Assembly (NCBI GenBank): GCA_010093815.1
Contig: ML996576.1
Origin: Pseudovirgaria hyperparasitica
Taxonomy: Eukaryota
Reading direction: 5' to 3' (one strand)
Length of the DNA: 64,000 bases
In this document: positions 37,332 to 51,800 of the stretch, piece by piece
Position numbering within the stretch: the stretch's first letter is position 1
Layout of the letters: the number at the start of each line of letters is the position of its first letter
Notes under the pieces: model-generated
The model's input: only the letters and a program-made list of their open reading frames with translations
What the model was told of the DNA's origin: nothing
Database searches by the model: none
Position numbers and translations under genes: made by a program

Positions 37332-38783
37332 CTACGTCCGATAATCCCCATTAATAGTCACATACTCGTGACTGAAATCACACGTCCAGTACACCGCCTC
37401 CTCCCCACCCTCTTGCTCCCGCAGCTTGACCTCAATCTCCAAATCCTCCATCTCCAGAATCTGCTTCGCCCGCTCCTCGTCCACCTTCTCCGGCTCGCCA
37501 CGTACGAGCAAGTTCAGCTTCTCGCTGCCGTCGGACGGAATAAACGACACCGACGTCTGCTCCGGCACAATGGTCCCTGCCGGAAGCCCGTCCGTGTAGC
37601 CAGTCGCGCACAGGATGCGTCCCCAATTCGCGTCCTTGCCATACAGCGCCGTCTTGACCAGCGGCGAGCGCGCGATAGACGAGCCGATGCGTTTCCCAGC
37701 CGCATACGACGGCGCATTCTTCACGCGGATGGTGACAAACTTGGTTGCGCCCTCGCCGTCGCGCACAACTAGCTTAGCCAGGTCTGCGGCGAAGTCGGTC
37801 AGCACGGTCTTGAATTCGTCGTATGCGGGTGAGGCTTCGGACGTGATTTCTGCGCCACCGGCAGCGCCGTTTGCGAGCAATGCCACCGTGTCATTTGTCG
37901 ATGTGTCGCCGTCGATGGAGATGGAGTTGAAGGAGCGCTCGATGGCGGAGCTGAGGAGGGGCGCGATGGCCGCGGGCGAGATGGGAGCGTCGGTGCAGAC
38001 GATGCCGAGTAGGGTGGCCATGTTGGGGTGGATCATGCCCGCGCCTTTGGTCAGACCTGCGAGATGGTATGTTGTGCCTGGGGCGCTGGAGAGGGTGAAG
38101 GGGCGGGAGAGGAGTTTAGGGAATGTGTCTGTGGTGCAGATTGCGCGGGCGGCCTTGAGCCATGCGTCGTGGGTGGCTGCGAGGCTCGAGTATGCAGCAG
38201 GAATCTTATTGAGGATCTTCTGAATGGGCAGACTTGGTGCTGCGTTAGTAGATGCTCATTCATGGTGCCAGCACATGGTTGTGTCTTCTTACCGCTGTCC
38301 GATCACGCCAGTGCTCATCACCACAGTTTGACTGTCCTCGCTCTCTGCCGCACCAAAGCATCGATCCGTCTGTTTACCCATCTTCTCTGCGTCTTCGATC
38401 CCGCCTTTTCCAGTGACCGCATTTGCGCATCCCGAGTTCACCACCACCGCACGAATGCCGTCCCCTCCTCGTTTCCTGATCATCTCCCGGGATACTGTCA
38501 CTGGTGCAGCCTGGAACCTGTTCTGCGTGAACACAGCCGCGGCCGAGCATGGTGTTTCCGAAGCAATCAACGCGAGGTCGTCGAAGCGTGTGTTGGAGGC
38601 TTTGACACCGACGTGGGCACTAGCACAGAGGAAGCCCTTGGGGTATGTACCAGACGAAGGAACGTATTGAGCCTTGGACGGCGGAATATTGCCTTCGCCA
38701 GGAGCAGCATAGTTTCTGGTCTGCGAGCGGAAGGGCTTGAGGAGGTTCGACAGGCGTTTCGGCGAGGGCTTTGGGAACGCCAT
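37332..38783 (-). CDS. ARG7: Mitochondrial ornithine acetyltransferase / ArgJ-family bifunctional arginine biosynthesis protein
   Basis: Basic N-terminal presequence. Motifs [62 protein letters not shown] and [10 protein letters not shown]. Intron 38233-38292. Confidence 0.96.
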
Positions 38784-39340
38784 GATTGTCAATTGAGCGC
38801 GGGCAGAGAATTGCCGTCAAGCTGTATGATCATACGCAGACGAAAGACCTTCCCAGAGACAACGAGTCGCCACTTTCCACTATATCACAAAAAATCCTAC
38901 ACGCCCTATGACTGGAAATCTGTAAATCGTAAACGCCGACGCCGCCCGCTGACTCGTGTGGACCTTGAAAACCCCAAAAAGTTCCCCCGACGTCGGCCCG
39001 AGAAGTGATGCCTTATCCAGCGTCCCACCGCCATCAGGCACCAATATAGGATACTCCACACACGATCCCCACATCCCCACATCGAACGCAAACATACATG
39101 AAGCCGTGGTCAAGATCCGTCAGTAGTTATGCGCAACCCAGAACACCGCGACGACGCCATTTGCCGCCACGATACGCGGCGCCTGTGTGGAGTATTTGTA
39201 TATATATGCATATATACAAAGTCGGCGCCAGTCGACTACGACCGTACATAAGTGACACTGGATAAGGCCGTCACTCCAACTCAAGAAACTCGTCTCAGCC
39301 TCGCTCCTAACCACCATCGCACACAACACTCCCATACATT

Positions 39341-40903
39341 ATGGCGCTAAAAAACGAACACATTGTCATCGCCGGCGCAGGTCCGTCTTCATCCCCGAAT
39401 CTCCCATCCCAACATACCCTCCCAGTTCTCCCCAAGCTAACACCAACACAAGGCATGGGCGGCCTCGCAAGCGCCCTCTCGCTGGCCCACCACGGCTTCA
39501 CAAACATCTCCGTATACGAAACGGCGTCAAATCTGGGCTTCGTCGGCGCCGGCATCCAGCTCGCGCCCAATATGGCGCGCATCCTCGACCGCTTCGGGTG
39601 CTGGGCCGAGATCGAGGCCGAGGCGACGGATATCCGGACGACGAGTATACGGCGTATGTGGTGTCCTTCCCTTGTCCTCCGCTACTATCGGCTACTCAGT
39701 CGAGCTTAGGATGTGTGAAATACAGGCTTGATGCCAATTTATATACACACAAAGTGACAAGAGATACTGACCAACTCCTCCACAGAGGGCGCCACCGACA
39801 CCGAACTCGCACACGTCGACCTCACCTCCATCCGCGCAACATACAACTACCCACACATGGTCGGCCATCGCGCCTCCCTCGCCGGCGCAATGTACCGCGC
39901 CTGCCAGGCCAAGCACCCAAACATCACCTTCCACTTCGGCCACACCCTGACCGCGATCACATCCTTCAGCCCGCCGACATGCACCATCACTCCGCGAAAC
40001 GACTCTTCGGCGCCCATCACACTCACACCAGCCCTGATCCTCGCCGCCGACGGCATAAAATCCGTTGCGCGAACAACAATGCTAGCAGCCCTAGACCACA
40101 CAGCCGGCATCCAAGACACGCGACAAGCCGCATACCGCATCATGCTAACCCGAGCGCAATGCGCGCACGACGCCGAGCTGCTCTCCTACTTTGACGCCGA
40201 CGCCGTGACGCGGTGGATCGGCGAGAGCAGGCACATCATCGCATACCCGGTGTCCGGCAAGCAGATCTACAACCTGAGCACCGTGCAGCCGGACACGCAT
40301 TTTGCCGCGGCCACGAACGCGACCTACACGACCAAGGGCAGCAAGGAGACGATGATGGGCGTGTTTGCCGACTTTGCGCCTGTGGTGCGGCGCATGTTGG
40401 ACTTGGTGCCCGAGGGCGAGGTGTGTGAGTGGAAGCTGCGTGTGCATGAGCCATTGCCGACCTGGGTGCATGGTCAGATGGCTCTGGTGGGCGATGCCTG
40501 TCATCCGACGCTGCCGCATCTGGCGCAGGGCGCAGCTCAGGCAATTGAGGACGGCGCGGTGCTTGGGGTTGTGTTGTCGTTGTGCCCGGACGCTTCTCCA
40601 GAAAGCATTGAAAAGACGTTGAGGGTGTACGAGAGTGTTCGGAAGGAGCGCGCCGAGACACTCGTCGATATTGCCGCAGCGTCGGGACGGGAACTGCATT
40701 TGGGCGAAGGCAAGGCGAAGAAAGAAAGGGATGAAGCGTTTGCTAGGTTGAAGGCTGGTGAGGGCAAGGTGCCGGACCGGTGGGCCGACGCAGATGTGCA
40801 GAAAAAGATTTACGGATTTGATTGTATGAAGGTTGCGGAAGAAGAGTTTGAGAGATTGTTTGGGGAGGCAAAGGTGGCGAGAGAGAGGATGGAAGTAGGA
40901 TAG
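39341..40903 (+). CDS. FAD-dependent monooxygenase (salicylate hydroxylase-like)
   Basis: Motifs IAGAGMGGL, GAGIQLAPN, AADGIKS and GDACHPTLPHLAQGAAQAIEDG. Introns 39381-39452 and 39654-39785. Confidence 0.92.
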
Positions 40904-42621
40904 CTGCTGCTGAGACAGAGAATGCGCCGGGCCGGGCATGACACGCATTTATATCCCGATATGCTGCGGTGTAGGTAGTATTGCAACGATGGCGAATAGG
41001 GAAGCTGGCATGTATGGATAGTGTTGACGATCATTTGGCGGGTGTTAACCCTGTAGTATGCTTGATACTACATAATGTCCTTCCAAAATGCTTCTACTTT
41101 GCACAGCAGTAGTCCAGAGAACAAGCGTAGGTACGAAGCGAACGAGTCAAAGTGCCTAGCAACAATTTCGGCGATATGATGGGGAGACGAACTGCCCTTC
41201 ATGGTAATGGTAGTACCTTGGCGGACTTGGCGATCGGAGCCGGCGCGGCTTAGTTGTCCAAGAACGATATCAGCTGATAGAAGGGCATCATAGTTATTGG
41301 GCAGCGGTAGAGTACCTGTACCTGTACCTAGGTACAATAATATTAGCATTGCTATCCTGGCGATGAGGTGCTTCATGTGCTGCTGGTATGGTAGCATGTA
41401 TGGTAGCCCATCCGTGACCGTGCACAAAGAGACTCCAGGTAGGTGAATCTCTCGACACACGATTGGGGACTTTCCACGACAGAGAAACGAGTTCTGTAGA
41501 GATGTCCAATGTCCCTACCAGACAAGACCAGCGTGACTAGCGAATAGCACACGACAGAGAAGAGTGGAGACTGAAGACTGTCAGCCACCCGTAGATCAGA
41601 GCAGACGAGCCGGTGGAGTATCTCTTCGTCATGTCTTGGCACAGCTCTGCTCTTTTACTTATCCGGGACACTCAGACGACGAGTAGTCCGCTAACGCTGT
41701 AGCTCATCTATTCTCTCGGCCTAGTAGGGTGTTGCGGACTATGTTTGTCTGATCGCTGACAACCGATAGGGTAGAGGACAGAGATCGAGACGGCACGAGG
41801 AAGAGCAGCATGCGAACAGAGCTCGACTGTCAAGGTCGCTGGTAGCTGGAGCACAACGCACACAGTCATTCGCCGTGAGAGGATGCTGAAATCTGTCATG
41901 GTGTAAGCAATTAAAGTTGTATGCGTCAAGTGAATAGTGATAATGGAGGAGTGTTTGTGCGCATCTCGCAGTAGTTCGCGGGTGGAAGCGCGGAGAACCA
42001 CTGATGAAGCCGAAAGGGGAAGGAGGTCGCGATAAGCTCCTGATCCCGTCCATCCCACTCGATAAGGCAGGCATGCTCCAAGCTTGGCGCCACGATTGCT
42101 GCCTCAGGAACCCAATATGCCTGAGGCGCGAAGTCGTTGCCGCAAACCTTTGCTTCACGGGCATGTTTTGCGTGATTGCGACATCGCCAAGTCCGGATGC
42201 GGAAATGTATAACGTCTCCAGCCTCATCCTGTGTTGCTTGTGAGCCTCAGGACGTACTCTTATCTCGTCGCTCTTCGCTCTTCACTCTCCCCTCCCCTAC
42301 CGCAGCTCGCACATCGCTCCGCGCTTCCTGCACCGTATCTGCTCACAGACAGTCATCCACAGCCGAACGAATGCCATCTTCGCATTCAGACGCCTAGTCG
42401 ACGCATGGATGATTGCAACCCCCCACCCTACTCGTGTTGCAGCGGCAAATATCACCACGGACCATGGACATGGCTGTTCAAAGCGGGGCAATTGGTGATC
42501 CTGGGGGCGTCCCAGAAAAGAATTAAAAACCCACTCACCTCCAGTCCAGCCCTCGTCCTCAAGATCTCGCATCTTATCTGCTCCTGACAGCTTTGCCAAC
42601 ATTACCGTTTCTGTCGTCGAT

Positions 42622-44098
42622 ATGCTTGGAGCTGCAGTCTTTTCTCTGTTGTCGCTGGCTCTGCCAGCAACTGCTGAGACTGTCGTGGGCGTCTATATGT
42701 TCTCGCGCCATGGAGACCGGACTTCCAAGTCCACTCCCCCAACCAGCCTGACCAACTTGGGCTATCAGCAAGTCTACCACTCCGGCTCATACTGGCGGAG
42801 CCGATATGTCGACGGCAATGCGACTTCAAAGGTTCTCGGTCTGAAATCCGACATCGTCAAGCAATCTCAGATCGCCGTTACTGCGCCAGTCGACAATGTT
42901 CTGCAAAACTCGGCCATTGGCTTCTTGCAAGGCCTGTACCCTCCAGTCGGCTCCGATAGTGTGCAGACATTGAACAACGACAGCACTGTTGCAGCGCCTC
43001 TCGATGGCTACCAATTGATTCCCGTCAACATCGTGTCAGGGGGCACTGGCTCTGGAAGCGAGGACAACACCTGGCTCCAGGATGCCTCTGGCTGCGCAAA
43101 CGCAAAGTCGAGTTCAAACAACTACTTCTCGTCTGCCGAGTACCAGGAGAAGCTGTCCAGCACTAGCGACTTCTACACCAACCTGTACCCTGTTGTAAAT
43201 CGTACCTTTGCCGAGGACTACATGAGCTTCAAGAACGCCTACGCAAGTAAGTTGTCGTGATGAAACTCTCCAAAACATCCTCTAACTCTCACCAGTCTAC
43301 GACCTTATCAACGTCGCCACGATTGACAACGCTTCCTCCTCCATCCAGTCGTCAAACCTGCTGTCCGACGACACCCTCTACCAACTCCGCACTCTCGCCA
43401 ACGCCCACGAATACGGCCTCGCCTACAATGCTTCCGACAACAAACGCGCCATCTCCGGCATGCAACTCGCCGGCGAAATCCTCACCTACCTCAACCGCAC
43501 CATCTCATCCAAAGGTGCCAACAAGCTCGGTATCCAATTTGGCGCCTACGCCACCTTCCTCTCCTTCTTCGGACTTTCAGGCCTGGCAGACACATACATG
43601 GACCTAACTGGCGTCCCAGACTATGCTTCGAGCATGGCCTTTGAGCTGTACACCGATGCCGACACCGACTCCTTCCCATCCGGCGATGACCTGCGCGTGC
43701 GCTTCCTCTTCGCAAACGGCAGCGCCAGCGCGTCAAATGCACCCCAAGTCTTTCCGCTTTTCGGCGGGACCGACAACTCCACCTCCTGGGCTGATTTCGA
43801 GGCGAAGCTGGGTGCGTTTGCCGTTAGGAACGCGGAGCAGTGGTGCACGACCTGTGGCAATACCACAGGGACGTGTGCCGCCTATTCAGACTCAAGTACA
43901 CAGGACGTAGATGGCCAGAAGAGTGGCAGCAACGGCGGCATATCGAATGTCGTCGCGGGCGTCATTGGCGCGATGGTCACGCTAGCCGTGATTTTAGGTC
44001 TCGAGGCGCTTGTGCTGGCGCTTGGTGGATTCCGCGTCGTCAGCAAGAAAAGTCTTGGTGTATCGCCAGCGGGCTCGTCTGTGGCTGTCAAGGCGTGA
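42622..44098 (+). CDS. Membrane-anchored histidine acid phosphatase-family protein
   Basis: Signal peptide, RHGDRT and LTNLG motifs, C-terminal TM helix VVAGVIGAMVTLAVILGL. Intron 43247-43295. Confidence 0.9.
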
Positions 44099-44594
44099 GA
44101 CATAGATGGATGGTACAGACTAATGTTAGTTTACAAACGGTAGTCCGCAACCTGAATCAAAATACAATGAGATGTGCGCATCTCACCACCACCAGCACAT
44201 GTCACAAACGTGAAAATGTATAACGAAAATTATTCGTTGCACTGGGAGATTCACAGCTACATTTATATCAAATACTACCACCATCATGACTCTCCGCGCC
44301 AAATCCACCGCCGAGCGAACTAACCGCATAAAGCAGCGCAAACTTGCTCATTTCATATCCATACTACCTAATCACACGCCTTGGCCTGCAGGACGTGTGC
44401 GTCTGACATGTGTGTACGTACTGCGCTTACTCATGTGTATAGAACACCGTTTCGTCCATGTGTATCCGTTATTCTCGACACATCTCCCACTCTCAGCACT
44501 AATATACCACGAACCTTCTATGACCATCCTTGTTTTATGACGCTCCAACTCTCTTTTCTTTATATAGACTTATAGAATGGAATCTAGGTACTTG

Positions 44595-44834
44595 GAAGAG
44601 AGAAGAGAGAAGAGAGAAGAGAGAAGAGAGAAGAGAGAAGAGAGAAGAGAGAAGAGAGAAGAGAGAAGAGAGAAGAGAGAAGAGAGAAGNNNNNNNNNNN
44701 NNNNNNNNNNNNNNNNNNNNNNNNNNNNNNNNNNNNNNNGAAGAGAGAAGAGAGAAGAGAGAAGAGAGAAGAGAGAAGAGAGAAGAGAGAAGAGAGAAGA
44801 GAGAAGAGAGAAGAGAGAAGAGAGAAGAGAGAAG
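44595..44834. repeat. (GAAGAGA)n heptanucleotide satellite containing an assembly gap
   Basis: Perfect 7-bp period on both sides of a 50-N gap (44690-44739). True length unknown. Confidence 0.97.
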
Positions 44835-46113
44835 TTGTTTCTAGGACTTTGTAATCAATAGACTCTTATACAGGTCTATTCTTCGTAGAAGACGCTCTGT
44901 AAGGTTATACTTTGAAGAGACATATTATTTAGACAGTTTTATGGAGGTAGATTTACATGTACTTAATATGATGAGTATTGAGAGTAATACGTGCATTCAG
45001 TATGATAAACATACCCTATAGTCTACTACAGAGCATACTGGGTGCTTCCTCAAACCATATACGTACTCTGTATGATACATGTATGCTACTACATGTATAC
45101 AGTTATACTTGTTCTACAGGTACTCTATTGGATAATACTCTATACAGTCTTCATGCTTGTCAGCGTAGCCCATATGTGTGTATACATGCACCATGGACTA
45201 TGATAAGGTATGCTGTTAATAGGACATACTACCATTCAACATATACTACCACCCTCGAACGGACTAAACATAGCGAGTGCTAGTTATGCTCGACGACTGA
45301 TTATAGATGTACGGATATACACGTGGGTGCAGAACGACGGAAGGTTGTAGAAAGGCGATGCCGAGGTATGGAGACGATATCTTGGTGTATTGAAGCTGGC
45401 GAAGCAACAGCATGCGCGAATGCCATCGAGTAGATGAACCAACATTCTGGACCATCTTTGCTACATACTAGTAGTGTTTTTGAGCAACCACAGGCTATCA
45501 AAATCGACACAGACAGCAAGGTGACAAGAGAGTCTCAGAGAATATGAACAACCGCAGTCTCAAAGATAATAGAGACAGCCACGAACACAACACGAAAACA
45601 CACAGCTATGGACACTTATCCGCATGTCCTCACCACGAATGCACAAACAAAACACGTAATGAAACAGCACACAAACACACAGTCATATACAACACCAAGA
45701 AATATAGTTGCCTGCATAGGCCGGTCGATTGTATAGTATAGTACAGTACACACACACAAGACTTTATAGCGTACAATCCCACTCTTGACACCACATCACT
45801 AGACTTGAAACTTTTCCTCCTCTCCAAGAACCCCCCTTCTAGTCTTCCACTTTTCTTTCCCTGCCATTTGACACCAATGTGAACCAAACAAAAGAAAGTT
45901 GATCACCCCTGCGTGCCCGAGGGAAAATGAATCGTGATTTCGTACCCCCCAAAACCCCAACTAGATGGACAAATAAAATAAAACAGTACAGTGATGATAG
46001 CCTGGACCAAGAACGAATCCTGAAATCCTTTCCTGGGAATATATGTGTATATAGGTATGTGTATATGAGTGACCACAAATGGATAGATAGATCGATACGA
46101 GTGTGGGATATTC

Positions 46114-48822
46114 TTACACAGCAACCCGCGGCGGCGGAAACAGCGACAGTGGCGCCTTGCTGATTGGTGGCGGGGCCTGTGCGAGTGTAGCCGAGCGTTT
46201 GCGCAGTGTGCGTCGCGGCGACGTGGAGGACAAGGAGAGGAGTTTGAATGCAGAGTCGGAGACGCTACGCTCGTGTGTGGGTGGGGGTGGGGGCGCGTAC
46301 GCGGGCGCCGAGTAAACGGATGCTGGAGTCGGCGGTGGGGTTCTCAGGGGTTGTGGTTGAGGCTGTGATTGTGTGTGTGGGCGCTCAGGGGCATGATCGA
46401 GATCATGCTCGTCGGCGTCGTCAGCGGTAGCGGCGAAGAATGTGAAGCGGTCGCTTGGGGAAGCCATCGAGGTGCGGTTATCGCGGCGGGCCGGGTGCGA
46501 GTGGTTGTACTGGGTGCTGTGGACGAGGTCGGGCAGGCTGCCGACGGAGCCGGCGGAGCGGCGCAGGGAAGAGTGCAGGGAGCAGGAGCCGGTGAAGTCG
46601 CTGCTGTCGTCGTAGGAGCTGCTTTTGCTGAGGCGAGCGCTGGACAGATGGGTGTGGCGGTGTGGGTTGAGCATGGGGTACTGGGAGCGCTCGGCCTCGA
46701 GGCAGTCGGCGACGTATTCTGCGTATGCATCCTCGCGCATGGCGTGGTATTTTGGCTGTGCGTTGAGATACTCCTGGAGGTGCTCCGGCATGGGCGTGGT
46801 GTCGGGGAAGACTGGCGAGTAGACCACCGAGGGAGTTCGGACGCTGCTTGGGTAGGTGGATGCTGAGTGTGCGGAGCGCCGCCGGGCGAGGTCTGGGACG
46901 GCGTCCACATCCGGGACGTACAGTGATGGTCGTGTTGCGCGGCTGCGGCGGTGTTGTGAGAGACCTGGGGAGTCGAGGTCGTCAAGGTCGTCGAGGTTGA
47001 GAATGTCGCTTAGTCGGTTCAGATTCTCACCATCGGACGTGGGAGGGCGTCGTGTGTCGGTAGACGTGCGTACCCAGTCGTAGTCTTCATGAGACTCGGC
47101 CGCATGATCGTAGCAATAGTCGACGTCCTGTTCCCAGGACTCATAATCTTGCGTGTTGCCAAACGTGTTTTGCACAGGGGTTGGAGGAAATTCTCTACCG
47201 ATGGGTGAAAACGCAGGAGCAAGCGACATTGAGGATTCCGGACGTGGTACACGAGTGGCACCTTTCAAAGCCAATGGCCTAGGGAGGAGGCGCGAAGACC
47301 GCCTGGTAGTGATTTCTGGAACATCGGTTACAGTGTCTTCCGTCTCTGCTTGTGGTTCCTGGGGTGAAGCGGCCTGACTTTCGAGGTCTTCTAATACACT
47401 CTCCAAGACTTCGATTACAGGAACGGGTGTCACAGTAACGGGAATGTCAGTTGTCACGGCATGCGAGAATGCTGGGGCGTCATCTTCCTCAATTTCATCA
47501 TGCGCCGGCATGTCGTCATCGATATTCTGCTGATGGTCCCCTAAGGAGAATTCCCAGACGCCTGTCGGGGGCTCGGATTCTTCCTCTGGAGGCGGAGGCG
47601 GAAGTGATTTCTCCAGGGCTTCGTCGGCCGGAGGTGGTAGCGGCTTTTCCGTGACTTCCTCGGATGGTGAAGGCAGTGGCTTCTCTGTGTTGAGATCTTT
47701 AATCAGATCCTCAAGGATCGTCGGACGACCCTCCAAGGCCGCTCGGGACGACTTTCTTGGTGGGGGACTTTGCATGGCGATAGACATGCTCTGCGTTTGC
47801 AATCGTGTTCGTGGTTGAGAGAAGCTGTCGGCGGATCTGCTGTGGTTAAGGCCTCGGCCCGTAACAGGCAATGGCGATACTGGTGGTGATTCTGGCGACT
47901 TGACTGGGCTGACTTGTGGCCTTACACTGCCACTTTCCGGAGACGTGGGGACTTCGACGTCCTGTTCCATGATCGGGGGCGGATGAGAGACACGACGATG
48001 TGGGAGATCAGTAGCTTTGATTCCATTGAGGGTTCGTGATGGAGTTCGCATGTGTTGCAGAGAAGAGTAGATGTCCCCATCACGTGCAGCACGCTGAGTG
48101 CGTTCGGTGTGGCTGACATGATGGAAGTCGAAGGGGCTTGAGATGACTGGTCGAGGTTTCGGAGGCTCATAGGTAGCTACGACGCGTGATTAGTGCTAAT
48201 CCGGAAGAATAACATCGCCCCATGGGCTGTGTGTCAAGATCCGAAGATACGGCTACGACTACAAACAAGGGGACTCACTTTCTGGACGTCGACGACTCTT
48301 GTCTCTCTTGTTCCGATCGAGGCCAAGACCCAGGAGTCGCCTCGCACTGCTTAGACGCTTGTCCGGCTCTTCTGACGAAATCTCCGATGCCCCAAGGGAC
48401 ACTTTACTCCCTTGCCGCCGCATTACCCGGCCGGAGGAGAAGAAGTTGGACCTGAAGTAGCCTGGTAATGACTCTGTCATCGACGTCTCACTTGGACTCG
48501 TCACGGCAGGAAAGATTTGCGACGTTGGACGATACAGCGCTGCACCATCCACCATGGTGGACGCCTGTGAATAGCAGGAGCTGGCCACCGAGGTAGCTGT
48601 TCCGCTTCGTGATCGTGGACCTGTGCGTGATCTTTTCCTCGAGAGCCCACTCACGGACCCACCATTGCTACTCGCGGGAGTAGCAGTTTGCGTGTCAAGT
48701 CCGGTAATATCCTTCTGCAGTTCGGGAGAGTGCTCGAGAATCCTCGGTATCGGTGATGCTTGTGAGTCTGATTTTGGAGGGGTGGGAGGCTGCGTGGCAG
48801 GTTGAGAAGCCACGGTTGCCAT
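46114..48822 (-). CDS. CRIB (Cdc42/Rac-binding) motif protein, largely disordered
   Basis: Intron 48177-48278 joins ORF 48259..48822 to an exon reading PVISSPFDFHHVSHT (CRIB pattern ISxPxxFxHxxH), in frame with ORF 46114..48051. Also carries SWEQDVDYCYDHAAES..DYDW. Confidence 0.85.
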
Positions 48823-51800
48823 CGTTATAAACTAATGATTGTATATGCTGGGGCGAGTGGGATGCCGATATAGGCCAGGGTGGCTCACAATGGACCAGGA
48901 ACTGGAGGAGACGTGGGTGTTGTACCCTGGGTGCATCAACTTAATCTAGTGGACTCTGGCCAGGGTTTGCGACAAAAACAGGCGGACGTGGTTGTAGACG
49001 TGTAAGTGAGTGACAGTGTTGGACATGAAGGTGCAGCGACGACTAGATTGCTATGAAATTCCCTCGTTAGTATATTGCTCAATCCCTTCATTGCTCTCAA
49101 CCCTGGTAAAGGTAGCAACGGTAGCTCGTGGGCTCTATTTCTGGAGCAAAGCCTGGACGAAAAAATGAAACTCTGGGGAGATGCTGTGCGGCGTCCCCAG
49201 ACAAGACAAAGGTAAATGAGGTACAAGGGATCCGTCGGTTGGCAATGGCAGTTGTATATGTACGAAGAAACAAAACATACCTTTGACTAGCAGATCCCGA
49301 AGCAGTAAAGCACGAGAAAAGGAGAAAGAGCCCAACCTGACGAGGATGAACACGGCGCGACGACACAGTATATCTGTCAACGGAACAAATGTGCCAAGCA
49401 AGGTTGTTGTGTATGTTGCGCGGCGCAGTTTGGTGCAACAGTCAATATAGCAGCGGGTCGAGGTGGATGCAATTGTCAATTGAATGCAATCCGGGGTATG
49501 ACGCGTTATGACAGGTGAACACAAACCTGCACGAGGAACAAGGCGGGATAAAGAAGGGCTTCTGGTGAATCGAGAGATGACGCCCACAGGTGGTAAAGAC
49601 AGTGGTATACAGAAGATGAAGAGCAGACAGAGGGGATAATATGCAAGCGGGAAGTGACAGAATAGGAATAACGGGTCAGTCTCTTGGTCGATGAAGCTAC
49701 GGGTGAGCCGCGCGACCGTCACACACAGACCAGAGGTTGACTTTTTCACGACAGTGGTGTACACTAGCAGACGCGGTTGATGGACAGGGTATGAGGGGGG
49801 GAGGGTCATCCATCGTGCGTGTGCAAGCTGGAGCAGCGCACATTATTCACAACACGCATGACAGAGACCATGCCTCAATGAGGGAAAGTGTATAACACGC
49901 CAGGGACGAGAATGGAATAGAAAGGGGATCCTGGACCCAAGAATCAAGAGGCGCAAGCAGACAAGCATGGGACAAGCATGTCAACAGCATGGGGATGGTC
50001 CAACGGGAAGGCCAAAGCTTCAGGATAGTCAAGTTATTAGGCTCTTGTAAGGATTGGGCTGATTCGGGACGGTCGAGGCCCCTAGATGGTGAGTGAGTAG
50101 CAGGCATTGGGGACTGAAGGCTGGATCAGACTATGTAGTATCCTGGTGTTGATAAATTGGTGTAACAAAAGAAGCAGCAGTCTTTCCAGCTTTGAGGGTG
50201 ATGATATGGGTATGTATGTATGTGTGCCTGGGGTCCAAGCACTACAATATCTCCTCGGACGGGTCGAGAAAAGCAGCAAAAAGTGTATGAAGGGGAAAAG
50301 GGACGGGCAAGGGGTAGGGGTAGGGGAAGGGGGCGAAGGGAAGTGGGAAAGCTGCATGCCGACGCCATTACCCGACGTGGCGGTCCAGTCCCAAGTGAGT
50401 GCACGCTAGGCCCACGCCAACATCCATGGAGGCCATAGCCAGTCAGCCAGGTACATTTCCAAGATGAGCGTTAGCAGCAACGGCTTTTCAACGCTCACCC
50501 ATAAAGAATACTCTAGGAAGAATAGCAGTAATAATAGTATTATCCGAACCAGTGTTGGACTCGTGTCACTATGTAGGCGTGGGACTTTTAGCCTTTTACA
50601 TTGATTATTGTGGCAACATGGAGAATAGTAATAATACGGGGCACACGGCACGCGGCACATATCACATATGCATATCTTCTACCCGGCAGCTGTACAGAGT
50701 ACATGCACTGGCAACTGGCAGGATGCGAGTGCAGATGCAGACGCAGACGCAGTCCGGTCCAGTCCGCAAGCAGAAAAAGCCCAAGACTCAAGACACAATA
50801 TCCAAGACTCAAGGAATTTAACGTTACAAACTGTGCGGAGACTTTATGCACAGAAAACTCCCCTCGGTCACCGCGTTCCACTGCAAACTCTGAAGCTTCG
50901 TCTTACCGCTCTTCCTGTCGAGCCCTGATGCCTACTCACCGTTACGAACATTCTCCTGGCCCTGCAGACAATAGTCATCGCACCCTCGTCGAATATGATT
51001 TGCAAAGCATCTCCAACACTCACTCCACTCTTGTTCTCCGGCCGCCAGGAACAGGAGATTGCTCGAGGCCGTGCGGCGCTGCGCTTGTGATTGCCGCGAT
51101 GTCTGATCGATTTTTGGCTCTGTGGCGGCGCTGACCTTCTCCATTTAGGAATCGTCCTGTTCTGTCATGTTTCAACTTTCACAAAAGCAAACTATCGTGC
51201 CATATTAAGACTTGAAACGCGACTTTCACGTAGCTTTTCGGGCGGCTTGATCGCCACATCCATCCGGCCTGACTCGGCCCTGAAAACCTGAAGCCTCTCC
51301 AGTCTCCACGATAGAAAGTCCTCTCCACTGTTGGTGGTGAGTTTGTACCTGCATCTATTCTGCATCTGCATCTGCGTCTGCGTCTGTGCGTTTGCCGAAG
51401 TGGGAGTCTGTGTATCCACCAGATGACGGATAACGATGCAATCAATGTAGCTTATACTTACCATAGCATGCCCAGCACGATACGAGGCGGTTCGTCGCTA
51501 CAAGACGTTTGACACATGGACGGCCTACCTTTCTGAAGCCGACTTTGGTATCCCTAGCCAAAGGTGTGTGGAGCAACAGTGTGCGCAACGTGCATATCGG
51601 CTTGCCCTGGCCATCACTATCATCCCGCGGCCGTGGTCATATTCTTCCCAAGCAGACGGACCAATGGCTGCACATGCAATTTTTATCCTCAATAACCTGA
51701 ATCTCGTCTTTGAACGGCGACGTCGCCTAGCTTCATATTTTGCCAACAAGCTTAATTGTCGGGGCCTCAGCTGCTTGACTAGTACTCTACTCAAGGCCGT

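Noticed and set aside
38950..38956. Gcn4/CpcA-like site TGACTCG upstream of ARG7
   Set aside because: Biologically plausible but a single mismatched 7-mer, which is not enough evidence.
38028..39008. 326-aa plus-strand ORF (and similar long ORFs at 24589, 26696, 27596, 37615 and 40145)
   Set aside because: Antisense shadows of GC-rich real genes (ARG7, HsbA, DUF1996, monooxygenase).
41068..42587. Short ORFs between the monooxygenase and the phosphatase
   Set aside because: No recognisable domains or coherent gene model. Probably UTR or promoter sequence.
44530..44861. ORFs encoding (REERREK)n
   Set aside because: Translation of the GAAGAGA satellite across an N gap.
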